From assembly GCF_030144855.1 (NCBI RefSeq), contig NW_026778903.1:372001-436000 (forward strand): 64,000 nucleotides of DNA, written 5' to 3'. Under the pieces are notes generated by a model, which was not told where the DNA came from, ran no database searches, and saw only the letters and a program-made list of their open reading frames with translations. Positions 62,524 to 64,000 of this stretch are shown in pieces. Numbering within the stretch: position 1 is the first letter of the stretch; each line of letters opens with the position of its first letter. The DNA comes from Hypanus sabinus (lineage: Eukaryota). The translations under genes were made by a program, and so were the position numbers.

Positions 62524-64000
62524 TCACGAGCCACACATTCCGCACCTGCATGTAGAACAGAAGGCCGTAAGGAGAGTCTGATCACAGGGTGACACGGGCA
62601 GGGAGTGGAGCTGAGGTGGGGAGGGGATTCACAGCTGGAGGGCAACTGAAGAACGGAAGGGGTACAGCGAAGCCACCAATGTGGAGGTCTGGAATAGAGA
62701 TTCTCCAGGAATGGATGAGGTCACTTACCAGAGAAAGAGAAGCACGGCCACAGGCACACAGACTGCCACCGTCACTGGGGAAGAGAAATACTATAATCAG
62801 AGCAAATCGACCAGAAATGTACAGTATAGATGTGGAATAGTCTGTTTACACCCACACCTCACCGCGCGGTTCCATCTATTCCATTGCGCACTGGGGATTG
62901 GGATCTATGGAACTGGGGGGGGGGGGGGGTTCTTGCTGATGTTGTTTGTTGCTCCTTCTGTTCTGATTTGTATATTTACTGCAGACACCAGAATGTGTGC
63001 TGACAATCGCAGGCTGCCCCCTGCACCTCCTTCGGCTCTTAGTCGTTAACACAAAGGATGCATTTCACCGTATGTTTCAATGTACATGGAACAAACACAG
63101 AGAATACAAATTCTCCCGCCCTATCCCACTGCATTTTGCATCAAGAAATATACCCATCCCCTTATATGTCAAGTACATGTTTTGTACGCAGTGGCACAGG
63201 TAGACAGGACCGCTGGCCTTCAGCAATCAGGAGATTTACAATATTGATTACCCTGCTATTGGACAGATGCCATTCAGCTGTAGAGAGAGCCGAGGGGATT
63301 TGACGATGTTGCCCAAGGGACTGAGCTATTGAGAGAGGCTGAACATTGGGGTTTTATTCACAGTAGTGTTGGAGACTGAGAGATGGTCTGAGAGAGGGGC
63401 ATAAAATTTGAGGGATGTAAATAAGGTGAATACATTCTTCCCAACCCTGAGTTGTGGAATCAAGGAAACGGGGGTTTAAGATGAGAGGAAACATTTAAAA
63501 TGGAGCACAGGGTTGAGAAAAATCAGCCGCTGTTCAAATGGCAGCACAGACTCAATGGGCTGAATGGCCTTATTCTGCTCCTCTGCCCTCTGTTGTCAAA
63601 CTGCCCAGCACGGCAATGGGGAAAAGAGCAGGAGGAGGGGAGAGACCCGCTCACTTCTGGGAGTCATTTAAACCTCACCTCGAATTCCCATCAGCACATT
63701 AATGTCCCACGATTCTGCTCTTTTGGAACTGTCCGTCCTAGTGGACACAATCTCAGAATTCGTCTCCGGTGGGGAGGTGGACGTCCCGTCTGCCACTGTC
63801 TCCTGTCTGAGACTCTCCGAACCTGTCGAACATGATGGGAACACCTCAGTGCTGAGCTGCTCTCCCCAGTTCCCCAAGTCTTTTGGGCCAAAGTGCCTGT
63901 TCCAAGTCCAGAGTGTCCCTCGTGGCACGGAGAGAATGTACATCAGAATGGAGTATCAGACCCTCCCTCTCCCATCAGCACTTACCCGATGTGTTGTAGA
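62524..64000 (-). CDS. Gene A' (next tandem copy of gene A), 3' part: end of Cys-domain exon 63986->64000, stalk 63679-63822, TM 62729-62774, terminal exon 62524-62545
   Basis: ..AESWDINVLMGIR|VTVAVCVPVAVLLFL|WCGMCGS*. Sites tttctcttccccag|TG..TG|gtaagtgacctc and ttctgttctacatgcag|G; phases 1 then 2 as in gene C, and the post-TM intron starts identically (gtaagtgacctc). Confidence 0.8.
63331..64000 (+). repeat. Segmental/tandem duplication, copy 2 (continues off the right edge)
   Basis: ~99% identical to 1-658. Confidence 0.97.

Overview
Repeat-rich vertebrate genomic DNA. The CR1, Penelope, L1, Tx1, Rex/Babar-like and Tc1 content points to a cartilaginous fish, probably a ray (inference). 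The window spans one complete unit of a recent ~63.3-kb direct duplication: bases 1-658 recur at 63331-64000 with ~99% identity. All recognisable host genes are on the minus strand and are split into exons too small for the ORF track. I rebuilt them by hand from splice sites and exon phases. (1) An intact VJ-type IgSF receptor gene of the NCR3(NKp30)/TMIGD2(CD28H) type, with a Lys in its transmembrane segment (43083-45567). (2) A multigene family of type-I membrane proteins that I cannot assign to a known family. Each member has a 47-nt leader mini-exon, a 246-nt phase-1 exon encoding an ~82-aa six-cysteine domain, an S/T/P-rich stalk exon, a tiny TM exon and a cytoplasmic exon. Members: gene C (13500-19348, apparently intact, neutral TM, 52-aa tail); gene A/A' (split across the window ends, Arg in the TM, 7-aa tail); a frameshifted pseudo-exon B (5059-5295); and orphan exon relics (24.5 kb, 38.5 kb). 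The picture is a tandemly amplifying, birth-and-death cluster of NK/leukocyte-receptor-like genes with a paired-receptor-like layout. No searches were run. Family names come from motif recognition, TE boundaries are approximate, and the gene models need RNA evidence.
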